Of a DNA stretch of 64,000 nt, positions 12,436 through 24,490 are shown one piece after another. Source of the stretch: Squalus acanthias (Eukaryota); assembly GCA_030390025.1 (NCBI GenBank), contig CM059432.1, positions 682,001 through 746,000 of the forward strand, written 5' to 3'. The translations under genes were made by a program, and so were the position numbers. A model generated the notes under the pieces. That model saw only the letters and a program-made list of their open reading frames with translations. It was not told where the DNA came from and did not search any database. The number at the start of each line of letters is the position of its first letter. Within the stretch, counting starts at the first letter, position 1.

Positions 12436-13289
12436 AGCTATTCTGGATTTTGCTTGATTTGCCTTTTGGTGGTAGGGAGAAGCTTTGCAGAATCAATAAT
12501 AGTGTGGATTGTTCATGGCCTCTAGAAGTATTTGGCTTTATGGGTTGAATGGTCTTTTCCCATCCTTGTTTTCTTTAGTTCTTAATAACAAGATGGCCCT
12601 CATTTGTCAGCTAGAACTAAGCCCTTGTCAACTAACTACAAAGATTACTCCCCTCTCTTTCTCCTCTCTCTCCAAATTATTCCAATTAAAGCTGCCATCT
12701 AACCTGTCAACTATTTTTACCCTCCCTATATCTGTAACCTCCTCCAGCGCTACAGTGCCCCACCCGCTAAATTCTCCATTCCTCTGACTCCAGCCTCCCC
12801 ACTACTGCCCTCACCCCACCATCGACAGCCTAATCCCTCAAACTCTGCATCTCCCTCTCCTCTAACACCCTCCATAAAATCCATCTCTGGCCAAACTTTT
12901 AGTCATGCCTCCTAATAAAATAGCTCAATACCCATTTCTTCCTCATGCCTCAGTGAGATACTCTGGGCATTTTGCTACAGTAAAGGCGGTTTTCAAAAGG
13001 AAGTTATCGTTGTTTTAGAATTTACAAATTCGTACTCCAGAAAAGCCAGCGGAGTGCACTGCCCTCTGCGTCTGAATTCACAACATGCACGAACTCTGTG
13101 CTGGGAACATGAATTTGTAAAGCCTAACCTCTAGGGTTTATAAGAAAACAAAAATATTACACTAAAATCTATTCTGTCATTTTTTTAAATAAACATTGAA
13201 CAGATAAGATCTAAGTTCCTGAAACGATGTATTCTTCTGTTTTAATTTTGTTTTTCCCCTTTGGTTGCTTGTATCAGTTAAAATAAATA

Positions 13290-13675
13290 CTTGCATTTCT
13301 ATAGCTCATTTCATGACCCCAGGACGTCCCAAAGTGCTTTACAACCAATGAAGTGCTTTTGAAGTGTAGTCACTGTTGTAATGTGGGAAATGTGACAGTC
13401 AATTTACACACAGCAAGCTCCCAGCAATGTGATAATGACCAGATAATCAGTTTTAGTGATGTTGATTGAGGGATAAAAGTTGGTCAGGGGAGAACTCTGC
13501 ACTCTTCTTCGAATAGTGCCGTGGGATCCTTTACGTTCACCTGAAAGGGCAGACAGGGCCTCGGTTTAACGTCTCATTCCAAAGATGGCACCTCCGACAG
13601 TGCAGTACTCCTTCAGTACTGCACTGAAGTGTTAGCCTAGACTTTGTGCTTATGTCTCTGGAGTTGAACCCACAA
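13290..13675 (-). mobile_element. Deu-domain tRNA SINE (SacSINE1/AmnSINE1-like)
   Basis: Reverse-complement homolog of 14025-14458. Confidence 0.75.
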
Positions 13676-14024
13676 TCACAGTTGATCATTTTCAGCTTCC
13701 TTGATCAATAAAAAAGTTACCTAAATGTGAGAGACTATTAATATGTAAAATAAAACATTATTCATTCAGATAATAGCTGCCAATTCTCTGCCCATTTTAA
13801 GCAATCAATAATATAGATCTAACTACCTATTTGTGTGTAACATTAACCATTTCCATGCACTTAACAAGGTTTATCTTGTTAGTCCATGTGGTAATAACTA
13901 CGTAAATGCAGAATCCTGTTGTTATTGATTACTGAGAAAACCATATGGTGGGCTTTTCTTAGAAATCAAATTTAAATGTTTTGTTTTAAGAATGTGGTAC
14001 AAGGCTGCATTTATTACCTACAGA

Positions 14025-14458
14025 GAGTGTGGTAATATTCTCGCCTCTGAGTCAGAAGGTCGTGAGTTCATGTCCCACTCCAAAGACTTGAGCACTTAAT
14101 CTAGGCTGATGCTCCAGTTCAGTACTGAGTGTGTGCTGCACTGTCGGATGAGACGTTAAACCAAGGCCCCTGTCTGCCCTCTCAGGTAGACGTAAAAGAT
14201 CCCATGCCACTGCTCAAAGAAGAGCAGGGGAGTTATCCCGTGTCCTGGCCAATATTTGTCCCTCAACCAACATCACTAAAACAGAGTATCTGGTCATTAT
14301 CACATTGCTGTTTGTGGAACCTTGCTGTGCACAAATTGGCTGCTGCATTTCCTACAGTACAACAGTGACTACACTTCAAAAGTACTTCATTGGCTGCAAA
14401 GCGCTTTGGGACATCCTGAGGTTGTGAAAGGTCTGATATAAATGCAAGTCTTTCTTTA
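14025..14458 (+). mobile_element. Deu-domain tRNA SINE (SacSINE1/AmnSINE1-like)
   Basis: tRNA-like head (gcctctgagtcagaaggtcgtgagttc); core ggatgagacgttaaacc...aaagatcccatg...gtgtcctggccaa resembles the recalled Deu domain; L2-like tail. Confidence 0.75.
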
Positions 14459-14562
14459 GTTGCACTTAGAAGGTGCTGATGGGCCACCTTTTTGATCCTT
14501 TTTTTTTTACAATTGAGTTGCTTGCTTGTCCACTTAAGAAGGCTTCAGTGGTCAACCACATA

Positions 14563-14740
14563 GGGGGTGAATTTCCATGGGGATTTTCCCATTCTTCTGC
14601 TGTAACTTTGGTGGAAGACCCGCAGGAACCTCGGAAAAACGGCATAATGTCATTCGCACTATTTTTTCGGGGGCTTCCAGTGCTCTTCCAGCCGAACTTA
14701 TAGCAGACGAGCGGGATAATTCCCACGGAAATTCACCCAC
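14563..14740. mobile_element. Palindromic MITE
   Basis: gggtgaatttccatgggga...tcccacggaaattcaccc; imperfect fold-back; related copy at 29371-29512. Confidence 0.7.
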
Positions 14741-14774
14741 TCGGAAAAGAGAAAACCGAGGGGTGACCGGATAG

Positions 14775-15150
14775 AGGTATTTAAATTCTGAAGGAGTTCA
14801 ATAGGGTAGACGTAGAGAAGATGTTTCCACTTGTGTGAGAGACCAAAACCAGGGGCCATAAATATAAGACAGTCACTAATAAATCCAATAGGGAATTCAG
14901 AAGAAACTTCTTTACCCAGAGAGCGGTGAGAATGTGGAACTCGCTACCACAGGGAGTGGTTGACGCGAATAGACAGATGCATTTCAGGGGAAGCTTGATA
15001 AGTACATGAGGGAGAAAGGAATAGAAGGTTATGCTGATAGGGTGAGATGAATTAAGGTGGGCGGAGGCTCGTGTTGAGCATAAACACCAGCATGGACCAG
15101 TTGGGTTGAATGGCCTGTTTCTGTGCTGTAAAATGTTATGTAATTCTATA
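14775..15150 (+). mobile_element. CR1 LINE 3' end
   Basis: ..RNFFTQRAVRMWNSLP..; same subfamily as the 19060-19920 and 29556-29940 copies. Confidence 0.8.
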
Positions 15151-15316
15151 TAGTTAAGTCAGCCGGTTAAGGGCTAGCTGGTTCCCATCCCTTAAAGACA
15201 TTAGTGACCCAAGTGGATTGTTATGATAATGGTCATTTTTCTGGTGCTAGTTCACAAATCACCAGATTTTATTGAATTCAATTTCACAACTTGCTAAAAT
15301 AGGATCGGACTCTGCA

Positions 15317-15503
15317 GGGGGTGAAATTGGTCATGGGCAGAGACGCAATAGAGGTGGAATCGCATTTGCCACCCGTTATACAACACGCCCAATATTCACT
15401 TCTATTGAAGTCAACAGAACTGAATATCGGGCGGAGCGTATAACAGGCCAATGATGAGATAGGGCCCGTTTTGCATCTCCCGCCCATGACCAATTTCACA
15501 CCC
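15317..15503. mobile_element. Palindromic MITE
   Basis: TIR gggggtgaaattggtcatgggc / gcccatgaccaatttcacaccc, plus inner arms gttatac..cgccc..atattca / tgaatatcgggcg..gtataac. Confidence 0.85.
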
Positions 15504-15863
15504 ATGTCCTCCAGATGCCCAGTCCAGTACAATAACCAGTACACTACCGTACCCTGAACATAAGATATTGCTGATGCCTAGTTCAGTGGAACCTTTAGCA
15601 GGAGTTAAACCTGCACCTGTGTACACAGCACAGCTTGGGGCCGATAATGTGATCACAGCTGCACCATAATGTAAAGTCCGCTCATTATAATATTTACATG
15701 TTGTTCTCAGAAAGTAGTGTGTGATGCATTGAATGAACACTGAGCGTACGGGGCAGGATAAAAGGTAAGGTATGAAGGGTGGGCCTAGTGCAAATTCAGG
15801 GCCACACAAGAACATTTTTTTTATATTGAGCCTTTCCTTCGGTTCCCTTTGTTAACAGATACT

Positions 15864-15993
15864 GTGATGTGGAGATGCCGGTGTTGGACTGGGGTGGACA
15901 AATGTGAGAAGTCGCACAACACCAGGTTATAGTCCAACAGTTTTATTTGAAATCACAAGCTTTCGGAGCGCTGCTCCTTCGTCAGGTGAAGTC
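15864..15993 (-). mobile_element. Penelope-like solo pseudo-LTR/tail (130 bp)
   Basis: Perfect 10-bp TSD AACAGATACT (15854-15863 and 15994-16003); contains a hammerhead followed by AATAAA. Confidence 0.85.
15953..15989 (-). ncRNA. Minimal type I hammerhead ribozyme
   Basis: UCAC-CUGACGA-A-GGAGC-agc-GCUCC-GAAA-GCUU^GUGA: both core boxes, 5-bp stem II, 4-bp stem I, palindromic AGCU stem III. Confidence 0.85.
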
Positions 15994-16097
15994 AACAGAT
16001 ACTAATTGACTGGAGTGCCCCCGAGCATATGGGTTCAGCTGAAGCTGGAGTTCGTTGGATGAATAAAGAAACTAAAATTAAAATAAGACATAGATAG

Positions 16098-16477
16098 CAC
16101 CGTGGCTGCAGTGTGTACCATCTACAAGATGCACTGCAGCAACTCGCCAAGGCTTCTTCGACAGCGCTCCCAAACCCGCGACCTCTAGCACTAGAAGGAC
16201 AAGGGCAGCAGGCGCATGGGAACTCCATCACCTGCAAGTTTCCCTCCAAGTCACACACCATCCTGACTTGGAAATATATCGGCCGTTCCTTCATCGTCGC
16301 TGGGTCAAAATCCTGGAACTCCCTCCCTAGCAGCACTGTGGGAGCACCTTCACCACACGGACTGCAGCGGTTCAAGAAGGCGGCTCACCACCACCTTCTC
16401 AAGGGCAATTAGGGATGGACAATAAATGCTGGCCTTGCCAGTAACGCCCACAACCCATGAACGAATAAAAAAAAAAA
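16098..16477 (+). mobile_element. Family-B LINE 3' end with poly(A)
   Basis: Near-identical to 8050-8428; A-run at about 16467-16477. Confidence 0.9.
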
Positions 16478-16629
16478 TCTAGGTCAAATAATACAAAAAA
16501 AATCAAGCAGAGTTTAGAAAAGAGGAATTGGATATATACTTGAAAAGGAAAAATTTGCAGGGCATTGGGGAAAAAGCAGGGGAGTGGGACTAATTGGAGA
16601 GCTCTTTCAAAGAGCCGGCACAGGCTTGA

Positions 16630-17190
16630 TTTTTTTTTAATTCGTTTATGGGATGTGGGCGTCGCTGGCAAGGCCAGCATTTATTGCCCATCCCTAACTG
16701 CCCTTGAGAAGGTGGTGGTGAGCTGCCTTCTTGAACCGCTGCAGTCCGTGTGGTGAAGGTTCTCCCACAGTGCTGTTAGGGAGGGAGTTCCAGGATTTTG
16801 ACCCAGCGTCGATGAAGGATCAGCGATATACTTCTAAGTCAGGATGGTGTGTGACTTGGAGGGGAACTTGGAGGTGGTGGTGTTCCCATGCGCCTGCTAG
16901 GTGGAAGAGGTCGCAGGTTTTGGAGGTGCTGCCGAAGAAGCCTTGGCGAGTTGCTGCAGTGCATCTTGTAGATGGTACACACTGCAGCCACGGTACGCCG
17001 GTGGTGGAGGGAGTGAATGTTTAAGGTGGTGGATGGGGTGCCAATCAAGCGGGCTGCTTTGTCCTGGATGGTGTCGAGCATCTTGAGAGTTGTTGGAGCT
17101 GCACTCATTCAGGCAAGTGGAGAGTATTCCATCACACTCCTTACTTGTGCCTTGTAGATGGTGGAAAGGCTCTGGGGAGTCAGGAGGTGA
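16630..17190 (-). mobile_element. Family-B LINE 3' end (inverted relative to 16098-16477)
   Basis: ORF 16839-17108 MSAAPTTLKMLDTIQDKAARLIG; T-run at 16630. Confidence 0.9.
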
Positions 17191-17259
17191 TGGGCCGAAT
17201 GGCCTCGTTCTGTGCTGTAAGATTCTAGGAAGCAAATAAGATTGGAAAGGCTAGGATGG

Positions 17260-18090
17260 GAGATGAATAAAGAGTAGTAAGTAACATAAAGGAAAATAGT
17301 GAAGGATTTTATAAGCACATAAAAAGTAGAACAATAGTTAAAGAAAAGATAGGACTGATTACATACAAAGAGGAAGTCCCAGTAAAATAGAGGATGAAGG
17401 AATGGCAACTTTCGTTGCCTCTCATTTCACAAGTGCAATAGTGGAAATGAAAGGGTATAAAAGGGGGTGAAGGAGCAATTAAATAGGATAACTATGGATA
17501 ATGAAGTGATACTGAAAAAAATTGGTGGGACTCCAAATAGAGAAACCATCAGTTCCTGATGGCATGTGTCCTCAAATATTGAGGGGAAGTCAGAGAGGAA
17601 ATAGCAGAGACACTGATCGCAATGTTTCAAACATCCTTGGATACGCAAGTTGTGCCAGAGGACCAAAAAGTTGCCAATGTAACACCTCTGTTCAAGAAGG
17701 CAGCAAGAGACAAACCAGATAACTATAGAGCAGTCAGTTTAACATTGGTACTGAGGAAGCTTCTAGGTGCCATAATACAGAATAAAATTAATAATGACTT
17801 TGAAAAACATGGGTTAATTAAGGACAGGCAGCGCAGATTTGTAAAAGCCAAGTTGTTTCTGACAAATTCAACAGAGTTCTCTGAGGAAATAACAAAGAAT
17901 ATTGATAATGGAAGTGCAGTGGATATTGTGTAAATGAATTTTCAAAAGGTGTGCATAGAGAGCACACAGCATTAAAAGTGATGTGGTAGCATAAATAGCA
18001 AGTTGGCTAAAGGACAGAAAACAGAGACTTGTAGTTTTTAGAACTGGACGGATATAAATAGTGGTTTTCCATAGGGTTAAGGATTAGGAC
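17260..18090 (+). mobile_element. Old decayed CR1 ORF2 fragment
   Basis: ANVTPLFKK..DKPDNYRAVSLT..LTN..EF.EE.T..D.GSAVD. Confidence 0.8.
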
Positions 18091-18277
18091 AGAACTAAAA
18101 CCGGAAGTGGGCGGGTCCGGTTCCTGTTTCAGATTTTTAATTTTTTTAACCTCTGACCCAAACTAAACCCACCTGTTTTTGGGGGTTAAAATTACCAACA
18201 ATGATACAAGCAGCACCATAATAGCTTTTAAAAAGGAAATATCTGAGAAAGGAGATTTTTAAAGGGTATGGGTAAAT

Positions 18278-18770
18278 CATAGAATCATACAGCACAGAAT
18301 GAGGCCATTTGGCCCATCATGTCTGTGCCAGCTCTTTGAAAGATCTATTCAATTAGTCCCACTCCCCTGCTCTTTCCCCATCACCATGCAAATTTATCCC
18401 TTTCAAGTATTTATCCAATTCCCCTTTTGAAAGTTACTATTGAATCTGCTTCCACCGCCCTTTCAGGCAGCGCGTTCCAGATCACAACAACTCGCTGCAT
18501 AAACAAAATTCTCCTCATCTCCCCTCTAGTTCTTTTGCCAATTATCTTAAATCTGTACCCTCCGGTTATTGACCGTCCTGCCAGTGGAAACAGTTTCTCC
18601 TTATTTACTCTATCAAAAACCTTGATAATTTTGAGCACCTCGATTAAATTTCCCCTTAACCTTCTCTGCTCTAAGGAGAACAATCCCAGCTTCTTTAAGT
18701 CTCTCCACATAACTGGAGTTCCTCATTCCTGGTACCATTCTAGTAAATCTCCTCTGCACCCTCTCCAAGG
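18278..18770 (-). mobile_element. CR1 3' end
   Basis: LERVQRRFTRMVPG, LGLFSLEQRRLRG..WNALP. Confidence 0.85.
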
Positions 18771-19059
18771 AGTAAAGGCATGGGAATGGGACTACGGTGA
18801 CAGCTTTTTCGAAAGCCGCAATACCGTGATGGGCTGAGTATGCCACCTTATAGGATGCAAATTTCTATGGTTCTATGATTCTAGTGGCAGCTTCTACTGA
18901 ACAGACGTGGCTTTTTACATCTTATTGTTCACATTGCCTCTCAAAATTAGACCATGAAATTAATAAGTTTAGGGTTCATCTTTGCTGTAAGAGGCCCATA
19001 GACCTTCTGCTACCAAATCTTTTCAGTTACATCCTGATTAAATACAAGAGACTTTGATC

Positions 19060-19920
19060 TAGAACTACATGGAACTTACTGCACAGAAAAAAGCCATTCA
19101 GTCCAACTGATCTATGCTGGTGTTTATGCTCCACACAAGACTCCTCCCATCCTACATCATCTAACCCTATCAGCATATCCTTAGAATCATACAGCGCAGA
19201 AGGATGCCATTTGGCCCAACGTGCCTGTGTCAGCTCTTAGAAAGAGCTATGCAATTAGTCCCACTCTTCTCCCTCGTCCCCCGCTCCCATAGCCTTGCAA
19301 TTTTTTCCTTTTCAAGTATTTATCCAATTCTCTTTCGAAAGTTACTATTGAATCTGCTTCCACCGCCCTTTCAGGCAGCGCATTCCAGATCACAACAACT
19401 CGCTGCGCAAAAAAATGTCTCCTCATCTCCCCCTCTGGTTCTTTTGCCAATTACCTGAAACCTGTATCCTCTTTCTATTCCTTTCTCCCTCATGTACTTA
19501 TCTACCTTCCCCTTAAATGCAGCATCGCTATTGGCCTCAACCACTCCCTGTGGTAGCAAGCTCCACATTCTAAACACTCTCTGGGTAAAGAAGTTTCTCT
19601 TGAATTCTTTATTGGATTTATTAGTGACTATCTGATATTTATGGCCCCTTGCTTTGGTCTCCCCTACAAGTGCCAACATCTTCTCTACGTCTACCTTATC
19701 TAACCCTTTAGGTCACCCCTCAGCCTTCTCTTTTCTAGAGAAAAGAGCCCCAGCCTGTTCAGTCTTTCATGATAGTTATAACCTCTCAGTTCTGATATCA
19801 TCCTTGTAAATCTTTTCTGCACCTTCTCCAGTGCCTCTATATTTGTTTTATAATATGGAGACCAGAACTGTACACAGTACTCTAGGTGTGGTCTAACCAA
19901 GGTTCTATATAAGTTTATAT
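19060..19920 (-). mobile_element. CR1 3' part with a second CR1 tail nested at about 19185-19470
   Basis: [14 protein letters not shown]..., RNFFTQRV; a second 3' UTR lies inside the first. Confidence 0.85.
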
Positions 19921-19944
19921 GTACAGGATTCAGGTGCTGATTTC

Positions 19945-21050
19945 AAATGTTGACCTGGTATGGAAATTGGCTGAGCGGCAGGAGACAGAGAGTAGGGATA
20001 ATGGGCAGATACTCTAATTGGCAGGATGTGACTAGTGGTGTCCTGCAGGGATCTGTGTTGGGGCCTCAACTATTCACCGTATTTATTAACGACTTAGATG
20101 ATGGGACAGAAAGCCACATATCCAGATTTGCCGAAAGCACAAAGATAGGTGGCATTGTAGGCAGTGTAGATGAAAGCATAAAATTACAAAGGGATTTGAT
20201 AGACTAAGTGAATGGCCAAACCTGTGGCAAAGGCAAATGGACTTCAGTGTAGGCAAATGTGAGGTCATCCACTTTGAACCTAAAAAGGATAGAACAGGGT
20301 ACTTTCTAAATGGTGAAAAGCTAAAAACAGTGGATGTCCAAAGAGACTTGGGGGTCCAGGTACATAGATCATCAAGGTGTCATGAATAGGTACAGAAAAT
20401 AATCAAAAAGGCTAATGGAATGCTGGCCTTTATATCTAAAGGACTTGAATACAAGGGGGTAAAAGTTATGCTACAGCTATACAAAACCCTGGTTAGACCA
20501 CACCTGGAGCACTGTGAACAGTTCTGGGCACCACACCTTAGGAAGGATATATTGGCCTTGGAGGGAGTGCAGCGTAGGTTTACCAGAATGATACCCGGGC
20601 TCCAAAGGTAAAATTACAAAGAGAGATTACACAAATTAGGGATGTATTCCCTAGAATTTAGAAGGTTAAGGGGTGATTTGATCGAAGTTTTCAAGATATT
20701 AAGGAGAAGAGAGAGAGAGAAACTATTTCTGCTGGTTGGGGGAATCTAGGACTAGGGGGCATAGTCTAAAAATTAGAGCCAGACCTTTCAGGAGTGAAAT
20801 TAGGAAACACCTCTACACACAAAGCAAGGGTGGTGGTAGTTTGGAACTCTCTTCCGCAAACAGCAATCGATGCTGGATCAATTGTTAATTTTAAAATCTG
20901 AGATTGATAGATTTTTGTTAACCAAAGGTATTAGGGGATATGGGGCAAAGGCGGGTATATGGAGTGAGGTCGCAGATCAGCCATGATCTCACTGAATGGC
21001 GGAAGAGGCTCGTGGAGCTAAATGGCCTCCTCCTGTTCCTATGTTCCTAA
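19945..21050 (+). mobile_element. CR1 RT/3' part
   Basis: [44 protein letters not shown]; (TTCCTATG) tail. Confidence 0.9.
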
Positions 21051-21091
21051 ATGTGAGAAGATAGTGCCCTTCAGTCACACCAAGCTCTTAC

Positions 21092-21190
21092 CTGCAGCTG
21101 GATGTTAACGTTGCATCTTCTGTTGAGTAAAATCTCCACCACATTGCTATGCCCATACTGACTGGCAATTGAAAGGGGAGTAGCACCATC
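21092..21190 (-). CDS. ANKRD29: ANKRD29 exon 5: DGATPLSIASQYGHSNVVEILLNRRCNVNIQLQ
   Basis: 99 nt, tgtacag|...|gtaaga; resembles recalled human DGGTALLAASQYGH. Confidence 0.95.
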
Positions 21191-21964
21191 CTGTACAGGA
21201 AAAATACACAGAAGATTTATTTTATTTTCTTCACCAATTTTCTCGCCTTCCCTTATCTCTTGAAGGCACTCATTCTTTGTTAGGCCCCACTGGTCATGCT
21301 CTGGAACCTTGCTCGTTCTCCATGTGTGAGCCTTAACAGTGAGTAACAGTAAGCTCTTTGATTACAATAGGCTTCATAGTCAAATGCAATCCTGTCCTGA
21401 CCTGACATCTGCTTCCAACAGAGGCTTACTGGTTAATGATCATGAATGGAAACAAAACTAACCTTCCCCTTTCTAACACAGGACCACAGAGGCCAATTAG
21501 AGTGCTAATTCATTGTGGATTGGTGACCCTTTTTGCTCTAAATGGCTCCGCCGTTCACCAGATAAAGTTTGTGAGCCATCGGAGGAACAAATCGACAATT
21601 AAAAGAGACTGTACATGCTCCATGTTGGGAGTAGAGGTACTCAAATTTGCCTCAATATCCCAAATTAAGGAGCGCAAGATTAGCCTAGGCTCCCACTCCT
21701 GATTGCTGTCCAGTGACCTCTGGTGGAATTGCACATAAGTGGACAGGATCAAGCTTTCCTGTGATGCCCTGCCATGGTTGAATGGTCTGGCACCATTCAT
21801 TGTCCAAATTCACATGTGAAACATTTGGGAGGGTAGCCAGGACCTATGGTCCTGTCTACCAGCGAGGAGTCCAGTGAGGAAAGGAGGAAGGGAACAAAAG
21901 AAGCAATTCATTTCAAGTATTCCAATTATATCCAAAAGCAGCTTCCAGGAGATGTGAAGAAAGA

Positions 21965-22420
21965 AAAGAAAGACTTACATTTATATAGCACCTTTCAGAA
22001 CCACCGGACGTCTCAAAGCGTTTTACAGCCAATGAAGTACTTTTTTGGAGTTTAGTCACTGTTGCAATGTGGGAAACACAGCAGCCATTTGCACACAGCA
22101 AGCTCCCACAAACAGCAATGTGATAATGACCAGATGACCTGTTTTTGTTATGTTGATTGAGGGATAAATATTGACCAGCTCCCCTGCTCTTCTTTGAAGT
22201 AGTGCCATGGGATATTTTACATCCACCTGAGAGAGCAGACGGAGCCTCGGTTTAACGTCTCATCCGAAAGACGGCACCTCCGACAGTGCAGCACTCCCTC
22301 AGCACTGCACTGGAGTGTCAGCCTAGCTTTATGTGCTTCAAGTCCCTGGAGTGGGACTTAGAACCCTCAACCTTATGCCTCAGAGGCGAGTGTGCGACCC
22401 ACTGAGCCACAACTGACACT
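21965..22420 (-). mobile_element. Near full-length Deu-domain tRNA SINE
   Basis: Head gtggctcagtggg..gcctctgag..ggttctaagtcccactcc on minus; homolog of 14025-14458. Confidence 0.8.
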
Positions 22421-22869
22421 AATGAAGGGTAATTTAACAATTCGTGCTTAGGCACAGAAGCCAGTGGACCTATGGGGAAAGTGCAGGGGAGTGGGACTAA
22501 TTGGATAGCTCTTTCAAAGAACCGGCACAGGCCCGATTATCTGAATGGCCTCCTGTGCTGTATCATTCTATGAGTCTATGACCTCACAGGATCTTCTGTC
22601 CATTAAAATAAGAGAGCGCTAATTCGTAAATGGAGCCCGTTTGTAATTATCAATGGGAAATAATGCTGTCTGTTTAAATGTCCCTTTAATTTTAATAAGA
22701 CAAATGGGCCTTGTACTTCTCACAGGTCTGAAGAGGCTGCAATTCAAAACTACCAAAATTTAAAACTTAGAAGTCTTTATCCAGATCCAAAATTCTCATT
22801 AATTTAAAGAGGAAGGAAAGTGTAGGGGCGAGGACTTTTTACTCTTTTATAGCTTTTATAGAACATATT

Positions 22870-23430
22870 TTGTAGCCACGGCATTTATGTGGCTGGTCCA
22901 GTTGAGTTTCTGGTCAATGGTGACCCCCAGGATGTTGATGGTGTGGGATTCAGCAATGGTAATGTCATTGAATGTCAATGGGAGGTTTTGACCTGATGGG
23001 GGGAAGGTCATTGATGAAGCAGCTGAAGATGGTTGGGCCTAGGACACTGCCCCAAGGAACCCCTGCAGCGATATCCTGGGGCTGAGATGATTGGCCTCCA
23101 ACAACCACAGCTATCTTCATTTGTGTTAGGTATGACTCCAGCCACTGGAGAGATTTCTCCCTCATCCCCATTAACTTCAGTTTTACCGGTGCTCCTTGAT
23201 GCCACGCTTGGTCAAATGCTGCCTTGATTTCAAAGGCAGTCACTGTCACCTCACCTCTGGAATTCAGCTCTTTTGTCCATATATGGACCAAGGCTATAAT
23301 GAGGTCTGGAGCAGAGTGGTCCTGGCAGAACTCTAACTGATCATCAGTGAGCAGGTTATTGGTGAGTAAGTGCTGCTTGATAGCACTGTTGACGACACCT
23401 TCCATCACTTTGCTGATGATTGAGAGTAGG
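22870..23430 (-). mobile_element. Family-B LINE RT fragment
   Basis: ORF 22965-23441 LSIISKVMEGVV..IKAAFDQAWHQG..GSVLGPTIFSCFINDLP. Confidence 0.85.
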
Positions 23431-23859
23431 GGAAGGGTCAATGAGATATGAGCAGATCAAAACATTATTAATTCTTATACAGATATGATGGACAGGAAAT
23501 CATGAACAAATATGTAAATGCCAGATCGCAAGACATATTAAGGAGCCCAACATATTAAGAAAGTCTGTTGGAAGGTCCATGTCTATTGGAAAATGGTCCA
23601 ACTTTCAAACCCTTCTGTTACTTGTCATGGACATCAAGGATGCACCTGAGCAAATGCACCTGTGTTCTGGAATTCAAGGGCACATTCAACCAGCTAAAGA
23701 CTGCAGTCCTTTTTTAGTCTCGTATAATTAAAAAAAAAAGAAACTATAACCACATTAGAACTAAAATATACTGGATTTATAAAAATCCTGTTGTAAGTCA
23801 GTTTTAATCAAAACAAATGAGTCGTTTCTTCTTTTCCCACAGAGTAGTGAGCCTCTGCA

Positions 23860-24470
23860 ATACTGGAGTGGTGGGTGCTGACTCTGCACACTTTCAAGAG
23901 GGAGTGGGACCGGTTCCTGACTGGGGCAAAGATCGTATCATATAGAAGGTAATTGTCTTTATAGATAACACACGGCCTGTGTGATCTCCTGGACTGGTTT
24001 TGATCGCCTGAGGACATCGGAGAGGAATTTTGCAGAGTATTTTTCCCCTTATTGGCCTTGGGATTTTTCTCTTTTTTTGCATATCCCAGGGAATTACATA
24101 AGAACATAAGAAATAGGAGCAGGAATCGGCCATACAGCCCCTCGAGCCTGCTCCGCCATTCAATAAGATCATGGCAGATCATCGACCTCAACTCCACTTT
24201 CCTGCCCGATCCTCATAGCCCTTGATTCCCTTAGAGTCCAAAAATCTAGCGATCTCAGCCTTGAATATACTCAATGACTCAGCATCCACAGCCCTCTGGG
24301 GCAGAGAATTCCAAAGACAAGGTTGTGGGGGGGGGGGGGGGGGGGGGGTGGAGGGGGGTGGGGGGGGGGGGGGAGTGTTTAGTCATGATGCTCCGGCCAT
24401 CATGAGGTGTGGGGTAGGCTTGATGGACCAGCTGGTCTTTTCCTGCCCGTCAATTTTCTATTGGTATATA
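23860..24470 (+). mobile_element. CR1-like 3' end with long 3' UTR and G-tract, interrupted by another CR1 tail (about 24096-24318, minus)
   Basis: FKREWDRFL-like coding end; 3' UTR resembles 61685-62045 in reverse; G-run 24326-24373. Confidence 0.55.
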
Positions 24471-24490
24471 AGCTGGTGTGGTATAACAAT

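Noticed and set aside
22340..22420. Possible tRNA genes (also about 14025-14080 and 31380-31470)
   Set aside because: A/B boxes continue into SINE bodies, with no complete cloverleaf or terminator; these are SINE heads
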